DNA of 64,000 bases from Candidatus Poseidoniaceae archaeon (GCA_949373095.1 CASIBY010000005.1:110955-174954); one strand, 5' to 3'. Numbered from the stretch's first letter, positions 42,001 through 53,478 are shown. Notes: generated by a model not told the origin, from the letters alone. A program made the numbers and translations.

Positions 42001-42356
42001 GAACCAATCAGTTCAATATTCAAACGTTCAAGCGTTCCATTATGCGAAAGTTCACTTGCAATGTTGAGCGCAGTTTGACCACCCATTCCTGCCAACAAGG
42101 CACAAGGCCGCTCGATTTCCATGATCCGAGCGATGGTATCTGGGAGAAGTGGTTCAATGTAAACTACGTCCGCCATTTCCGGGTCGTTTTGAATCGTGGC
42201 GGGATTTGAATTAACCAAAATAACCCGGTATCCGTCTTCACGAAGCGCTTGTACGGCCTGGGAGCCTGAAAAATCAAACTCAGCGGCTTGACCAATTTTA
42301 ATTGGCCCACTTCCCAAAACCAGAATGGTCTCCAAATCATCTCGGCGAGGCATCAC
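39009..42356 (-). CDS. carB: Carbamoyl-phosphate synthase large subunit
   Basis: GSGPI.IGQAAEFDFSG, EVNPRVSRSS, GQGIEFDY, HSGDS, C-terminal MGS domain. Confidence 0.97.
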   Translation of the reverse strand: MMPRRDDLETILVLGSGPIKIGQAAEFDFSGSQAVQALREDGYRVILVNSNPATIQNDPEMADVVYIEPLLPDTIARIMEIERPCALLAGMGGQTALNIASELSHNGTLERLNIELIGSDLEAIDKAEDRELFNQVCESIQLPISQAVACNTIDEVIAAADLIGSWPILVRPAFTLGGLGSGTARDLGELVEISQLGLRNSRISQVLIEESILGWQELEYEVMRDEADNATIVCTMENIDPMGVHTGESTVVAPLQSFSDADHQRLRNQALALIRALNIKGGCNVQFAFNQFTGEIRVIEVNPRVSRSSALASKATGYPIARMAAKIAVGYTLDELPNPITGDGTTAAFEPTLDYCVVKIPRWPFDKFRTADRTLGTSMKSTGEVMAIGRNFEEAFLKAWASLEQGCAHPRPLTRADESEGEGMFERAHEALPDSTLVDWCRIATDRRMGAVLEALRRGWGVDRVHEITRITRWFLYGFERLAQMEAEITARGVSPTELTEKELRRWKSHGFSDAHIADALAGFPPEGLKSLAPGQDERAVMQRRHELNLHPIYRMVDSCAAEFAAKTPYYYSTYEPFGAPGIDILPNLEERTKDRLVTIGSGPIRIGQGIEFDYGCVHAVKAIREAGKDAIIINNNPETVSTDFDTSDRLYFDPLTLEYVSEILLRERAHGILLQFGGQTAINLALPLEQRLPDLRLKGLDLSIMGTSCDAIDEASDRERFEAFASRSGLKMPRGATGTSADDLRAAVEEIGYPVLIRPSYVLGGRGMEILSNQQQLDGYLRDAYLAPDKPLLVDEYLGHATELDVDAAADGEEVLVGAIMEHLEEAGIHSGDSTCFIPTQNISEDMLKRVAEQTKIIGLGLKIKGCFNIQFAIQGDTLYVLEVNPRSSRTVPFVAKSSGLPLARIAARVTIGQPLSSQTIPRRTTGQVCVKAPVFPFIKLRGLDPAPGPEMKSTGEVYGSDERADLAYLKARLATEIPVAKSGGAYLTVRDEDKENLVPVARELVDLGFTLYATGGTSDALRRHNIPVETVYRIAEGKHPDALDLMRQGKVSFIVNVPTISGGAVRDGNMMRRLAVELNIPFVTTMRGATMEAAAMRAHIEVTLEPRKLTVHY

Positions 42357-43660
42357 TGGCCACCTCCAAGATGAGCATCAACAACAGCTCTGAAGCGTAG
42401 GAACAGATGCGTAGCATCGTGTGGTCCTGGACATGCCTCGGGGTGGAACTGGACTGTGAAACATGGTTTCCCAATGACGTCAAGCCCTTCTACGGTTCCA
42501 TCATTCGCATTGACGTAGCGAACCTCAACCTCTGCCCCATGTTGGTTGGGCGAAGGAGGAGAAGAGGCTCCTGTTGGATGCGCAGCGAGCATTCCGTCTT
42601 GTGGATGAGCAACTGCAAAACCATGATTCTGACTGGTAATGGCCACGGTTCCTTCCTTGAGGTCAACGACCGGTTGATTGGCCCCTCGATGGCCGTATCG
42701 CATTTTGTAGGTCTGTAATCCCGAAGCAAGACCCATCAACTGGTGCCCTAGGCAGATCCCCATCACGGGAAGCCCGTCTTTGACTGCTTCAGCAAGAGTA
42801 TTTCGGGCAGAGGTCGCCATACCGGGATGGGCAGGGTCACCTGGCCCATTTGAACAAAACAAGGCGTCGATGTCGTAGGTATTTTTCAATATGTTAAACG
42901 GGGTATGAGGGGGGCACCATACAACATCAAAATACATGCAGAGGTGTCGCAAAATATTGTATTTAACCCCACAGTCAAGGACTCCCAAACGTGGTTTTCT
43001 TACGCCTAAGTCGTCTGTCACACCCGGATTTAATTCAACGGGTTCGTCGATAGAAACTTCATCAACAAGATCTTCCAATTCAGGAGAGGAAAGCGATTCC
43101 AATTTCGTCTTCAACTTATCTTCTTGAGCGAGGGGGCCAAAGACGCACAGAACTGTTCCCAATTCACGTACACGGCGGGTGATAGCCCGTGTGTCAATCT
43201 TCTGAATACCTGGAACCCCGTGCAGCCTTAGCAACTCGTCAACCGTCCCAATGGAGTCTCTATGGTCCGGTTGGTGCATGGCGTGACGTACGACAACCCC
43301 CCGAGGCCAAACCCGTTTGGATTCAGAAGTTCCGTGATGGATTCCATAGTTTCCAATCAACGGATAAGTGAAGGTCAAAACTTGTCCAGCAAAGGAAGGG
43401 TCAGTCAGTGATTCTTGGTACCCCATCATACCGGTTGTGAAGACCAGTTCTCCCGAACCAGCTTGATTGGCTCCAAAGAGTTCCCCTTCGTAGCGTCCTC
43501 CATCAGCCGTCAAAAGGACACCAGGGCCCGATGCGCCCTCTGGAAGAGGAGTCCCTTGAACAAGTCCATCAGCGGCATCTCCGATGTCCAAAGATGAAGG
43601 GTTGTAGAGCCGATGAGTAGCAGGAAGGGAACGCCCATTTTGGAGTTCGCTTCCTAACAT
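42353..43660 (-). CDS. carA: Carbamoyl-phosphate synthase small subunit
   Basis: GELVFTTGMMGYQE.LTDPS, SNGPGDP, GICLGHQ, SQNHGF, QFHPE; overlaps the carB start. Confidence 0.96.
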   Translation of the reverse strand: MLGSELQNGRSLPATHRLYNPSSLDIGDAADGLVQGTPLPEGASGPGVLLTADGGRYEGELFGANQAGSGELVFTTGMMGYQESLTDPSFAGQVLTFTYPLIGNYGIHHGTSESKRVWPRGVVVRHAMHQPDHRDSIGTVDELLRLHGVPGIQKIDTRAITRRVRELGTVLCVFGPLAQEDKLKTKLESLSSPELEDLVDEVSIDEPVELNPGVTDDLGVRKPRLGVLDCGVKYNILRHLCMYFDVVWCPPHTPFNILKNTYDIDALFCSNGPGDPAHPGMATSARNTLAEAVKDGLPVMGICLGHQLMGLASGLQTYKMRYGHRGANQPVVDLKEGTVAITSQNHGFAVAHPQDGMLAAHPTGASSPPSPNQHGAEVEVRYVNANDGTVEGLDVIGKPCFTVQFHPEACPGPHDATHLFLRFRAVVDAHLGGGQ

Positions 43661-43781
43661 CGTATTTGGTCGTCAACGGACACCCATAATGATTGGGTGT
43701 GGGTTTGATTGGAAGAGAGGGCTCAAAATAGGACCGAAAAAGAAGAAAATATCACCGATGGTGCTGTAAATAAATATCAAC

Positions 43782-44351
43782 TTACTTCTCATTTTCTCGC
43801 TCTTTATCATGAACAGACTTTCCACGAGCGGAGGGCTCTATCACAAGGCGTGCATCTGGGAAGTGGCGCTCGGTTCCACCGTCTCCAAACCAAGCTTCCA
43901 TGAACAGTGCTAAAGCAGCAACTTCAGAATGAGGTTGGTTACCTACTGCGACATTGTATTGTGAATGCTTGAAGACATCACCAGGTACCTTTGCACCACC
44001 CACGATAAGAACCACGGGCCGGTCCCGTCGAATTTGAGGAATCACTTCCCGGTAAGGCTGACCGTACATGGTGAGATGGATGGCCACACCAGGCTCCCCG
44101 TCCCCTGCGTCTTCCTCAACAAACCGTTTCAGCCATCCCATTGAGCCCTTGATATGTTCACAAGACATCTCTCCGCCAAAGCGTTCGTTGACCGAGCCCA
44201 CATTTTCAAAGAGGTCACTGTCTTCATCGCCAGCTAAGAGAAAACGTGTACCCCCAAGAGCTCTGGAGACGAGGGCGAGGTGCGTTGTGATTCGTGGGTC
44301 ACGGCCCTTACGGTACCCCAAACGAAGCACATTGAACGGCGTGTCGGCCAT
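43782..44351 (-). CDS. trm56: tRNA (cytidine(56)-2'-O)-methyltransferase (archaeal SPOUT family)
   Basis: LRLGYR..RD.RITTH.AL, HLTMYG, VGGAKVP, VGNQPHSEVAALA. Confidence 0.92.
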   Translation of the reverse strand: MADTPFNVLRLGYRKGRDPRITTHLALVSRALGGTRFLLAGDEDSDLFENVGSVNERFGGEMSCEHIKGSMGWLKRFVEEDAGDGEPGVAIHLTMYGQPYREVIPQIRRDRPVVLIVGGAKVPGDVFKHSQYNVAVGNQPHSEVAALALFMEAWFGDGGTERHFPDARLVIEPSARGKSVHDKERENEK

Positions 44352-44389
44352 GTGCAGACGACTGGCCTCGCCCACATGAGCGTAGCGGC

Positions 44390-45034
44390 TCATTCAACTT
44401 TATCGATGACTGCCTCGGATGATTGTGAAGAATCACCCATGCCTGTGAATTCGTAATCGTTTGAATCAATGAATCGGATCAACCAATTCAACAACATAGC
44501 ATTGACCAAGAGGTTAGAACCCATTGACATCCCACCCCAGAGGGCACCAAGACGGAGGGTTCTCCATAGCCCGTCTGCAGTTGAAAGGCCGTCGGTTACA
44601 AGGAAGGAGCCAATGAGAGGCTCGACGACGTAGAGGCCTGCGAGGATTAGCATTCCACCTGCAGCAGTTGAAGGAAATATTTTCCCCATATCTCTGCTGA
44701 ATTCTGTAAGTATTGCTGAAAGCAAGGAGAGAATCATCACGGCAAAGGCAACTTGACCGAAGTCGATTCCAAAGAATACAGAGATGCCTTCGCTCATATT
44801 ATCGTCTTGTGAATAAATCCCCAACCACCAAATAGCGACCATGAGGGTGATGAGCATCCCACCAGAGCGTGATGTACTGGCAGCTTTATCGAAAACCTCT
44901 TGCAGATTCCGAGGCTTGAGACGGCGGATGATGCGTTCTGCAAATTCGTAATCACTTACAGAGGCACCACTGACCGAATCCGAACCTGTAGCCACAGGAA
45001 TCGTGCTCAACGTTGATGGTTCGGCCTCGGACAT
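44390..45034 (-). CDS. Hypothetical multi-pass membrane protein
   Basis: About four TM segments; probable start MSEAEP at 45034. Confidence 0.55.
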   Translation of the reverse strand: MSEAEPSTLSTIPVATGSDSVSGASVSDYEFAERIIRRLKPRNLQEVFDKAASTSRSGGMLITLMVAIWWLGIYSQDDNMSEGISVFFGIDFGQVAFAVMILSLLSAILTEFSRDMGKIFPSTAAGGMLILAGLYVVEPLIGSFLVTDGLSTADGLWRTLRLGALWGGMSMGSNLLVNAMLLNWLIRFIDSNDYEFTGMGDSSQSSEAVIDKVE

Positions 45035-45086
45035 ACGAGTACCTTCTTTGTCACATCTTATGAAACCTGTCGCTTTGGAGGTGTTC

Positions 45087-45950
45087 ATGGTGACCGACTC
45101 GGGAGTGTCTCAATCGCGCCGAAAGCGGATTGTTGACGGCCTCAAACAAAACGATGGATTTCCCCACATTATGGGAATCATCAATGTGACGTCCGATTCG
45201 TTCTACGAAGGAAGTCGCTCTCTATCTTCGGAAGAGGCCATAGAACGAGCCCTTGCGATGTGGGCATCAGGAGCAACGTGGGTCGATATTGGGGGTGAAT
45301 CAACGCGTCCTGGAGCAGCTCGGGTTGATGAAGAAAGTGAAATCCAGCGAGTTGTCCCGGTCATCAAAGCCTTGAGAAAAGCCAATCCTGATGGATTGAT
45401 TTCTATTGACACTCGCCATGCATCAGTTGCACGAGAAGGCCTCAAGGCTGGCGCAGACATGGTTAACGATGTATCAGGACTTCGCGACAAAGCGATGATT
45501 GAAACTGTACTTGAGTGGGGGGCTGCAATTTGTATCATGCACATGCAGGGTGAACCTGGGACGATGCAAACAAAGCCCCAATATGTGAACTGCGTAGAAG
45601 AAGTCAGTACCTACTTGGCCAACAAACGCAGCCAACTCATCAAAAAAGGCCACCCGGAAGAACTCATTTGTATTGACCCTGGAATCGGATTTGGAAAAGA
45701 ACACGATCACAATTTATCCTTATTGCAAGCAGGGAAAAGCATCGGGGAAGATGCTTCAGTGAGTATTCTTTGGGGAGTCTCACGGAAGCGGATCGTTGGC
45801 CACCTCACCGGACATGAACATGCAGATGACCGTTTAGCAGGGACATTGGGCCTTGCTGCTGTCGCAGTTACAAGTGGAATCAATCTGCTCAGAGTACATG
45901 ACGTACAGGAGCATGTCGACCTCTTTCTAACAATGAAGCCGTTTAATTGA
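45087..45950 (+). CDS. folP: Dihydropteroate synthase
   Basis: IMGIINVT.DSF, DIGGESTRPG, SIDT, NDVSG, MHMQG.P, DPGIGFGK, GVSRK, RVHDV; GGAGGTG RBS before 45087. Confidence 0.95.
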   Translation: MVTDSGVSQSRRKRIVDGLKQNDGFPHIMGIINVTSDSFYEGSRSLSSEEAIERALAMWASGATWVDIGGESTRPGAARVDEESEIQRVVPVIKALRKANPDGLISIDTRHASVAREGLKAGADMVNDVSGLRDKAMIETVLEWGAAICIMHMQGEPGTMQTKPQYVNCVEEVSTYLANKRSQLIKKGHPEELICIDPGIGFGKEHDHNLSLLQAGKSIGEDASVSILWGVSRKRIVGHLTGHEHADDRLAGTLGLAAVAVTSGINLLRVHDVQEHVDLFLTMKPFN

Positions 45951-45953
45951 AGA

Positions 45954-47113
45954 TTAAACTCCACCCAACAAGAGGATGGGTGCGACCCACGCTCCAGCCA
46001 TTGAGCCTAGGTTGGTCAAGGCAGTGACCAAGAGAACTTTACCCGCTGGATTGGACCAAAATGATGAAAAATCATCCAACTTCAAAAATTTCTGTAAATC
46101 ATCCGCCGTTGGTTCAGCAACTTTGAGTTGTACATAGCCAGCAAACCAACCGGCAGCTAACGCAGGATTCAATGAAGTGATTGGAGACGCTGCTGCTGCT
46201 GTTAGAACCGCCAAAGGATGCCCTCGGGCAATGATGCATCCAATGGCCGCAAAGACAGCATTTGCAATCGTCCATACGGTGAAGAATTCAATCCAATCTA
46301 CGCCTTCACCGTTCGAAACGAAGACAGCGATGGCTGAGATGAGAATCAGTGGCATGGCCCAAGGGAGCATTCGTGCTACACGAGAGCGTTTAGGTAGTGT
46401 GGATAATTCTTCAAGTTCATGAGAAGGTGAGGGCTCAACCATCTTTTTCGCGACACCTTTCAAGTGACCAGCACCAAGGACGGCGAGAACTTTCTTGTTC
46501 GGGTCAAGTTCTGCTAATTTCCCAGAAATATAGGTATCTCGTTCGTCGATGAGGACGGCTCCTGCACCGGGAGAGAATTCTTTGAGTTCTTCCATCATTG
46601 AGGAGAGCATATCGGAGTCACGAAGTAACTCGCTCACATCGACTTCTTCTTCATCATCATCATCATCATCCCTAGGAGTGATGTTAGAAGACGCCACTTT
46701 TCTCGGAACTTCATTTTACGCCAAGCACGACGCAATGTGACTTGGATGTCACGATCAACAAGGGCGATCTCACAGCCCGCCTCTTTTCCGATGTTGACCG
46801 CTGCGAGCAATTCTGCACCGGGCTGTTGACCTTCATCAAGACCAAGTTTTCTCTGTTCGGCAGAAAGCATGGATTGCAACAGGACCATGGGTGCTTTTCC
46901 TTCTTTCACTACCTTGAGTAAACCTTCTTTGTCCAAACGACGATCACTGATGAGGGTCTCATAACGACCCTGACACAGTTCCACTGCAACAATATCCGGC
47001 TGATAGGTAGCGATTTGCTCCATGACTGCTTCAACCGATGCGGTCGCAATGTGTGCCGTACCTAGCAGACGAAGCCGGTCGTTAACATCAATGAGCGGAG
47101 TTTCGTCACTCAC
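45954..47113 (-). CDS. TraB/PrgY(GumN)-family membrane protein, frameshifted near 46670
   Basis: N-half has LLGTAH, VAVELC..R, PGAE and LVDRDIQVTL.R. C-half has LIDERD, VLGAGH and GHPL...ASPITSLNP. The frames join at the CCC next to the (TCA)6 tract. Confidence 0.85.
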
Positions 47114-47170
47114 GCATTCACCTCAGTTCCATGGTTTCCAAAGATTAGCCCAGCGGGCAACAGTATACCT

Positions 47171-47746
47171 TCAGAAAGTGATTTCGACGTTCTCTCGGAC
47201 GTGGGCAGCAACAGTCCAAAGTTCTCGTCGCTCGCATCCCTTGAATCCAGCGACAATGCTTGCAGGAATCATCTGAATAGCCTTGTTGAAGTTGGTTGAA
47301 GCAGCGTTGTAGAATTCACGGCGGTCTGCGATTTGGTTCTCCAATGAGACCAATTTGTTTTGGAGGTCCATGAAATTAGCATTTGCCTTCAAATCGGGGT
47401 ATTGTTCTGCAACCATGCTAATACGAGGCATCATTCCAGAGAGCAAACCTTCTGCTGCAGCGACGCCTTTTACGTCACCACGGCTCAATGCACCAGCAGC
47501 CGCTTGGCGTGCCTTTGCAAATTCTTGGAAGATACCTGCTTCGTGCTCTGCATAGCGTCCAACAATTTTGACAAGGTTCGGAATCATATCGTACCGCTGA
47601 TTGAGCAATACGTCAATATCAGACCATGATTTGTTAGCGTTTTCTTCAAGACGAATGAAACGATTCCAGGTTGTGAAAAACCAAACGATAAGAATCAAAA
47701 TCACAATTGCTGCAATGGCTGCAGCGACATACATCATGTTAACCAT
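47171..47746 (-). CDS. lemA: LemA-family protein
   Basis: N-terminal TM helix; WSDIDV.L.QR.D.IPNLV, E.YPDLKAN.NF..LQ..L...EN.I...R.FYN. Confidence 0.92.
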   Translation of the reverse strand: MVNMMYVAAAIAAIVILILIVWFFTTWNRFIRLEENANKSWSDIDVLLNQRYDMIPNLVKIVGRYAEHEAGIFQEFAKARQAAAGALSRGDVKGVAAAEGLLSGMMPRISMVAEQYPDLKANANFMDLQNKLVSLENQIADRREFYNAASTNFNKAIQMIPASIVAGFKGCERRELWTVAAHVRENVEITF

Positions 47747-47884
47747 GCTATGCGCTTAAACAAATCGTACTTGAAACCTTCTCTCAAATACTAATTTCAA
47801 GGAGCAAGATGATGAACACCAACATATTCGCCTCACCAAGGACCCCTGATTCAACCCGATTAGAATCAGAGTGAACCTCTTGAG

Positions 47885-48709
47885 ATGGACAAAATGTTTG
47901 ATACAGCGCTCATCTTTTTTGGGGTATTCTGTATCGCCTTTGCATTCGCCCCGGTTGGGCTAGGAGGAGGCTTGCTTTTCGTCCCGCTTTTGCATTATGG
48001 TGCAGACCTACCAATTGATGGAACCCTTCTTGCCGTATCCCTATCCCTCACGGCTGTCGTGAGTTATGGGAGTGGCCTTGCCCACCGCAAGAAAGGACAT
48101 CACGATGACGAAGCGATCAAATCTGCACTCGTGGGGGCGATTCCAGGAGCATTGCTAGGCGTAGGTATCGTCGTAGTTCTTGGAGACAATCTCGACACCG
48201 TATTCAAGACAGTCAGCATTGCGATATTGGCTTGGGCTCTTGTGAAGACGAGGAGAAAAATCAACTCCTCTAACTCCACTGACGCTGATGAGAATGGCGA
48301 ACCGAGAGAGATACAACACAAAAAGCTCAGACTTGGAGCCGCAACGGGAGGCACGCTCTCCTCTGTCCTTGCTATTGGAGCAGGCGTAATCTATGTCCCT
48401 GTTTTACAGCAATATACTGGATTGAGCACGAGAAAGTCAATCGGTTCCAGCCTTCACTTGATGATGGTCGTCGTGCCCATCGCAGTAATTACGCACTTGG
48501 CGTTTATCTCTTCGTCAGAACGAGATGCCCTCGTTGAACAAATTGGAGTACTCTTCGCCCTACCGTTTTTGACATTCATAGGAGCAAGGCTCGGAGCCCA
48601 ATTTGGAATGAACTATATCTCATCTCAAAACATCATGAAAATTTTCATGACCCTCACGGCAGTTGTGTTGGTCCGTTATCTTTGGGACCTTGGCGGACTC
48701 ATTGTTTAA
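47885..48709 (+). CDS. TauE/SafE (TSUP) family membrane transporter
   Basis: Duplicated GLGGGLLFVP and AIGAGVIYVP motifs; about eight TM segments. Confidence 0.85.
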   Translation: MDKMFDTALIFFGVFCIAFAFAPVGLGGGLLFVPLLHYGADLPIDGTLLAVSLSLTAVVSYGSGLAHRKKGHHDDEAIKSALVGAIPGALLGVGIVVVLGDNLDTVFKTVSIAILAWALVKTRRKINSSNSTDADENGEPREIQHKKLRLGAATGGTLSSVLAIGAGVIYVPVLQQYTGLSTRKSIGSSLHLMMVVVPIAVITHLAFISSSERDALVEQIGVLFALPFLTFIGARLGAQFGMNYISSQNIMKIFMTLTAVVLVRYLWDLGGLIV

Positions 48710-49925
48710 TCGATTCAATGACCATTGCAATGCCTTGGCCGCCACCGATGCAAGCTGTTGCAACGCCATAGCGTCCACCACTACGTTGCAATTCGTATGC
48801 GAGCGTGAGAACCAAACGAGTACCAGTTGCTGCAAGTGGGTGACCGATACCTACTGCTCCGCCGTTAACATTGACCTTCTCAACATCAAGTTCCAAATCC
48901 TTGATGCATGCTACGGCTTGGCCTGCAAAGGCTTCATTGATTTCCCAACGGTCGATATCGCCCACGGTAAGGCCCGCCTTTTCTAGGGCTTTCCGGGATG
49001 AAGGGACAGGACCGTATGACATGATAGATGGCTCTAGACCAACGATTCCCCAAGAGACAATTCGTGCAAGTGGTTGGTCACCATCTTCTTTTGCCTTTGA
49101 AGCAGATTTGATGACGACGGCAGCAGCACCGTCTACAACGCCTGAAGCATTACCTGCGGTAACAAAAGATTCGGGACCAAATGCAGTAGGAAGACGGGCA
49201 AGACTTTCCTCAGTAGTACCACGCACAACGTGGTCTTCATCCTTGTGAGTGATTACAGTGTCACCACGTCGCGATGAGATCGTAACCGGAACGATTTCTT
49301 GCTCAAATACGTCGTTATCAATTGACGAGGCAACACGAGAATGTGAAAGAGCAGCAAAAGCATCAATTTCTTCTCGTGTCACGCTTTTACGCTTGCAAAG
49401 TTCATCAGCAGTTTGAGCCATAAAGAGACCACAGGTCATATCTTGAAGGTTAGTCATCATGTAATCCTCAACCTTGGGCGAACGGCCCAATCTCCATCCT
49501 TCTCGGCCTCCACGCATGATGTGGGGTGCTTGAGAGAGGTTCTCCATGCCGCCAGAGACAACGGTTTTTGCCTCGTCAAGCATGATCATTTGTGCTCCAC
49601 TCACGATTGATTGAATTCCAGAACCGCAAATTCTGGAAAGGGTGAGCATAGGAACTTCTTGAGGGATACCACCTTGCAAACCTGCATGGCGTGCTCCATA
49701 AATGGATTGAGAGCAAGTTTGGAGCGCATAGCCCATAACAACATGGTCGACTGATTCAGGAGCAGTTCCGGTTTTTTCTAGAGCTGCTTGAATTGCAATT
49801 CCACCCAAATTTTGAGCACTAAGTGTCTTCAGAGCACCGCCGACTTTACCGTCACCACGCTTTCCGCCAACCCATTCACAAAACGGTGTTCGGGCACCGC
49901 CAATAATCACAACATCTTCGCTCAT
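48699..49925 (-). CDS. Acetyl-CoA C-acyltransferase (bacterial-type thiolase)
   Basis: RTPF, RICGSG, GGMENLS, TAGNASG..DGAAA, NEAFA, GHPLAATG, CIGGGQG. Confidence 0.93.
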   Translation of the reverse strand: MSEDVVIIGGARTPFCEWVGGKRGDGKVGGALKTLSAQNLGGIAIQAALEKTGTAPESVDHVVMGYALQTCSQSIYGARHAGLQGGIPQEVPMLTLSRICGSGIQSIVSGAQMIMLDEAKTVVSGGMENLSQAPHIMRGGREGWRLGRSPKVEDYMMTNLQDMTCGLFMAQTADELCKRKSVTREEIDAFAALSHSRVASSIDNDVFEQEIVPVTISSRRGDTVITHKDEDHVVRGTTEESLARLPTAFGPESFVTAGNASGVVDGAAAVVIKSASKAKEDGDQPLARIVSWGIVGLEPSIMSYGPVPSSRKALEKAGLTVGDIDRWEINEAFAGQAVACIKDLELDVEKVNVNGGAVGIGHPLAATGTRLVLTLAYELQRSGGRYGVATACIGGGQGIAMVIESIKQ

Positions 49926-49972
49926 GAATCATCCCAAAAGGGGGAGGGTCATGAATATCACTGTGTAGTAAT

Positions 49973-50621
49973 TCATCCAAAGAGAGAACTCTTGTCCAAA
50001 CCGTTGTTGCTTACCATCAGGGGAATCGCTGCGATAAGCCCGCACATGCCTCCACAAAGAGCCACAAAGATCATTCCAATTCCTGCAACAATATCTGAAT
50101 TATCCATGATGAGGTCGTACTCCTCTTGAGCAAGGTCACCGTCCTCAAGCATTTGGTCATAGACCTCATCTATCGTTGTGAGTTCAAGTCCGCTCAAGGC
50201 CGAGGCTACAAGAATAGAAGCGAAGAGGAGATGAACGCCACGTCGTTGGTAATTCACAAGCATAATACCACCTGCGATGGTTGCTATTCCAACTGCTAAA
50301 CCTCCACCGTAAACTGCGAGCAAAATCGGTTGTGAGGTTTCATACCCGAGAACATCCAAGAGATTGAGTCCGGATGAACCAAGACCGATAAGACCCCACA
50401 ACACGCACAAAATTCCAATCACTTTAGGTGCACTGGACGGGGGGCCAAGGAAATATCATCTGCCCTGGGGGCATTTCCGCCATCCCCGAGAGCATAGCAC
50501 CGTTTTGCATGGTCGAAAACCCAGCAGAGATTGGCACCGATTCCGGTGTAGTATCCATCATAGAGGACTGCTTCACTTCGTCTTCTGGCGTTATATTATC
50601 CCAAGGTGAGTCAGACTGCAT
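49973..50621 (-). CDS. Hypothetical membrane protein, frameshifted near 50440-50453
   Basis: Removing one base joins ORF 50424-50621 to 49973-50422, giving ...MIFLGPPSSAPKVIGILCVLWG...; about four TM segments. Confidence 0.6.
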
Positions 50622-50722
50622 GCAAGGCGGGTTAGAGTGGACCCTTATGGTTCTTTTTTTACACGCACAAAGGGTTGTGTTCTTGAAGCATGAACTCCTG
50701 CAAACATCAAGGGGGGGCTGAA

Positions 50723-51607
50723 ATGAACATACTCGTGGTCTACAAGAAAAATTTCGAATCCGTCCACGACTCCGGCTTAATGCAAGTCAAGGAAGCTCTT
50801 TCACGAACAAGTTCTGAGAGTGACCGAGTTGACTTCAAACCCAGAGAACACGTACGAAGAGCCGATTTTATTGCCCGTGACCTTGTGATTGTATTTGGTG
50901 GAGATGGAACCCTTACCTCCCTCTCACACAACATTGACGCTTCAACTCCTGTTATGGGTGTCAATTCTCACCCAAGAAGTGAGGATCCAACGGGAAGTTT
51001 TGGATTCTACATGGATTCATCCATAGCCACATTTGAGGATGACGTGAAAACCGTCATGTCTGGAAAAGCGATTGTCAATGAACTTCCAAGGTTGCAGGCC
51101 ATTATTGATTCAACATCAGGGAACCGATTTACGACAGACCCTGCAATGAATGACCTGTTAATTGCCAACACACACCAGTATGCACCCAGCAAGTATCACT
51201 TACGTCGTGGAGAGCAACAGTGTATTCAGCAGAGCAGCGGACTGTTATTTTCGACATGGTTTGGCCAAGGAGCCTGGCTTCGCAATGCAATGAGTGATGA
51301 TGAATTCAATACACTGCGTTCAACAGTCAAGGAAGGTGATGTCGATTCCCATTATTTCGTACTCGCACGAGACATTCCCCCTTCAGAACGAAAGCAGCAG
51401 TCATGGTCATGGGCTGATTGGACCGGTGCATCAACAACGATTACTTCAGATATGCACAGAGGATACGTGGTCCCTGACGGATGGGATGAAGTTCATTTCA
51501 ACAGAGGTGCCACGATAACAGTGAACACAGAGGCTCCACCTTTGCGATTACTCACATTTCGCTCAACGTTAATGGAAAAACTACGTCAACTCGAGGCTAG
51601 TGAATAG
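50723..51607 (+). CDS. NAD(H) kinase
   Basis: GGDGT, GVNSHP, AMNDLLI, SSGLLFST; probable start MNILVV at 50723. Confidence 0.85.
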   Translation: MNILVVYKKNFESVHDSGLMQVKEALSRTSSESDRVDFKPREHVRRADFIARDLVIVFGGDGTLTSLSHNIDASTPVMGVNSHPRSEDPTGSFGFYMDSSIATFEDDVKTVMSGKAIVNELPRLQAIIDSTSGNRFTTDPAMNDLLIANTHQYAPSKYHLRRGEQQCIQQSSGLLFSTWFGQGAWLRNAMSDDEFNTLRSTVKEGDVDSHYFVLARDIPPSERKQQSWSWADWTGASTTITSDMHRGYVVPDGWDEVHFNRGATITVNTEAPPLRLLTFRSTLMEKLRQLEASE

Positions 51608-51675
51608 GACTGCTGAGGACATGTTTTCCGTAGCGCACCAGTAATTCGGTGTAAAAAGTAAACTTGGCGATCGAT

Positions 51676-51719
51676 AAAAAAAGGGTAGGAGACTGGGATT
51701 CTTGCGAATCCCAGCCTCC
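51676..51719 (-). terminator. Hairpin plus U-tract just downstream of the 16S rRNA
   Basis: Minus strand GGAGGCTGGGATTC-GCAA-GAATCCCAGTCTCC (14-bp stem with one G-U pair, GNRA loop), then TACCC and TTTTTTT. Confidence 0.7.
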
Positions 51720-51727
51720 GGTTTCTT

Positions 51728-53191
<1,464 letters not shown>

Positions 53192-53459
53192 TCTCTTGTT
53201 ATGATCCTTTGGTTACTTGTCGCTATTCGCAATGAATTTGCTGACCTAAATGAAATTGGCGAGAAAATAATGCACTTGAGCTTCTTGCACAAAATACGTC
53301 ATAATCTCGATCACCTACCTGACCCCGAAATCCGTGAGGATCTGCTCGGAATCGCAATCGCTTCGGCATTGCATCAGGGAGGATGGCGACGGTCATTGTC
53401 CGAAGACTCTGCCGCCAACGCCGTTCCCTATTGACGCAAGCAAGGTGTGCCACTGACCT

Positions 53460-53478
53460 CCCCTATATCAAGATACCC
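53460..53478 (-). promoter_or_regulatory. Candidate TATA box for the 16S rRNA gene
   Basis: Minus strand GGTATCTTGATATAGG lies about 270 nt upstream of the mature 5' end, before a structured leader. Confidence 0.35.

Noticed and set aside
45954..47113. Conjugation gene, suggested by the name TraB
   Set aside because: The TraB/PrgY/GumN family is a common chromosomal archaeal family, and no transfer genes are nearby.
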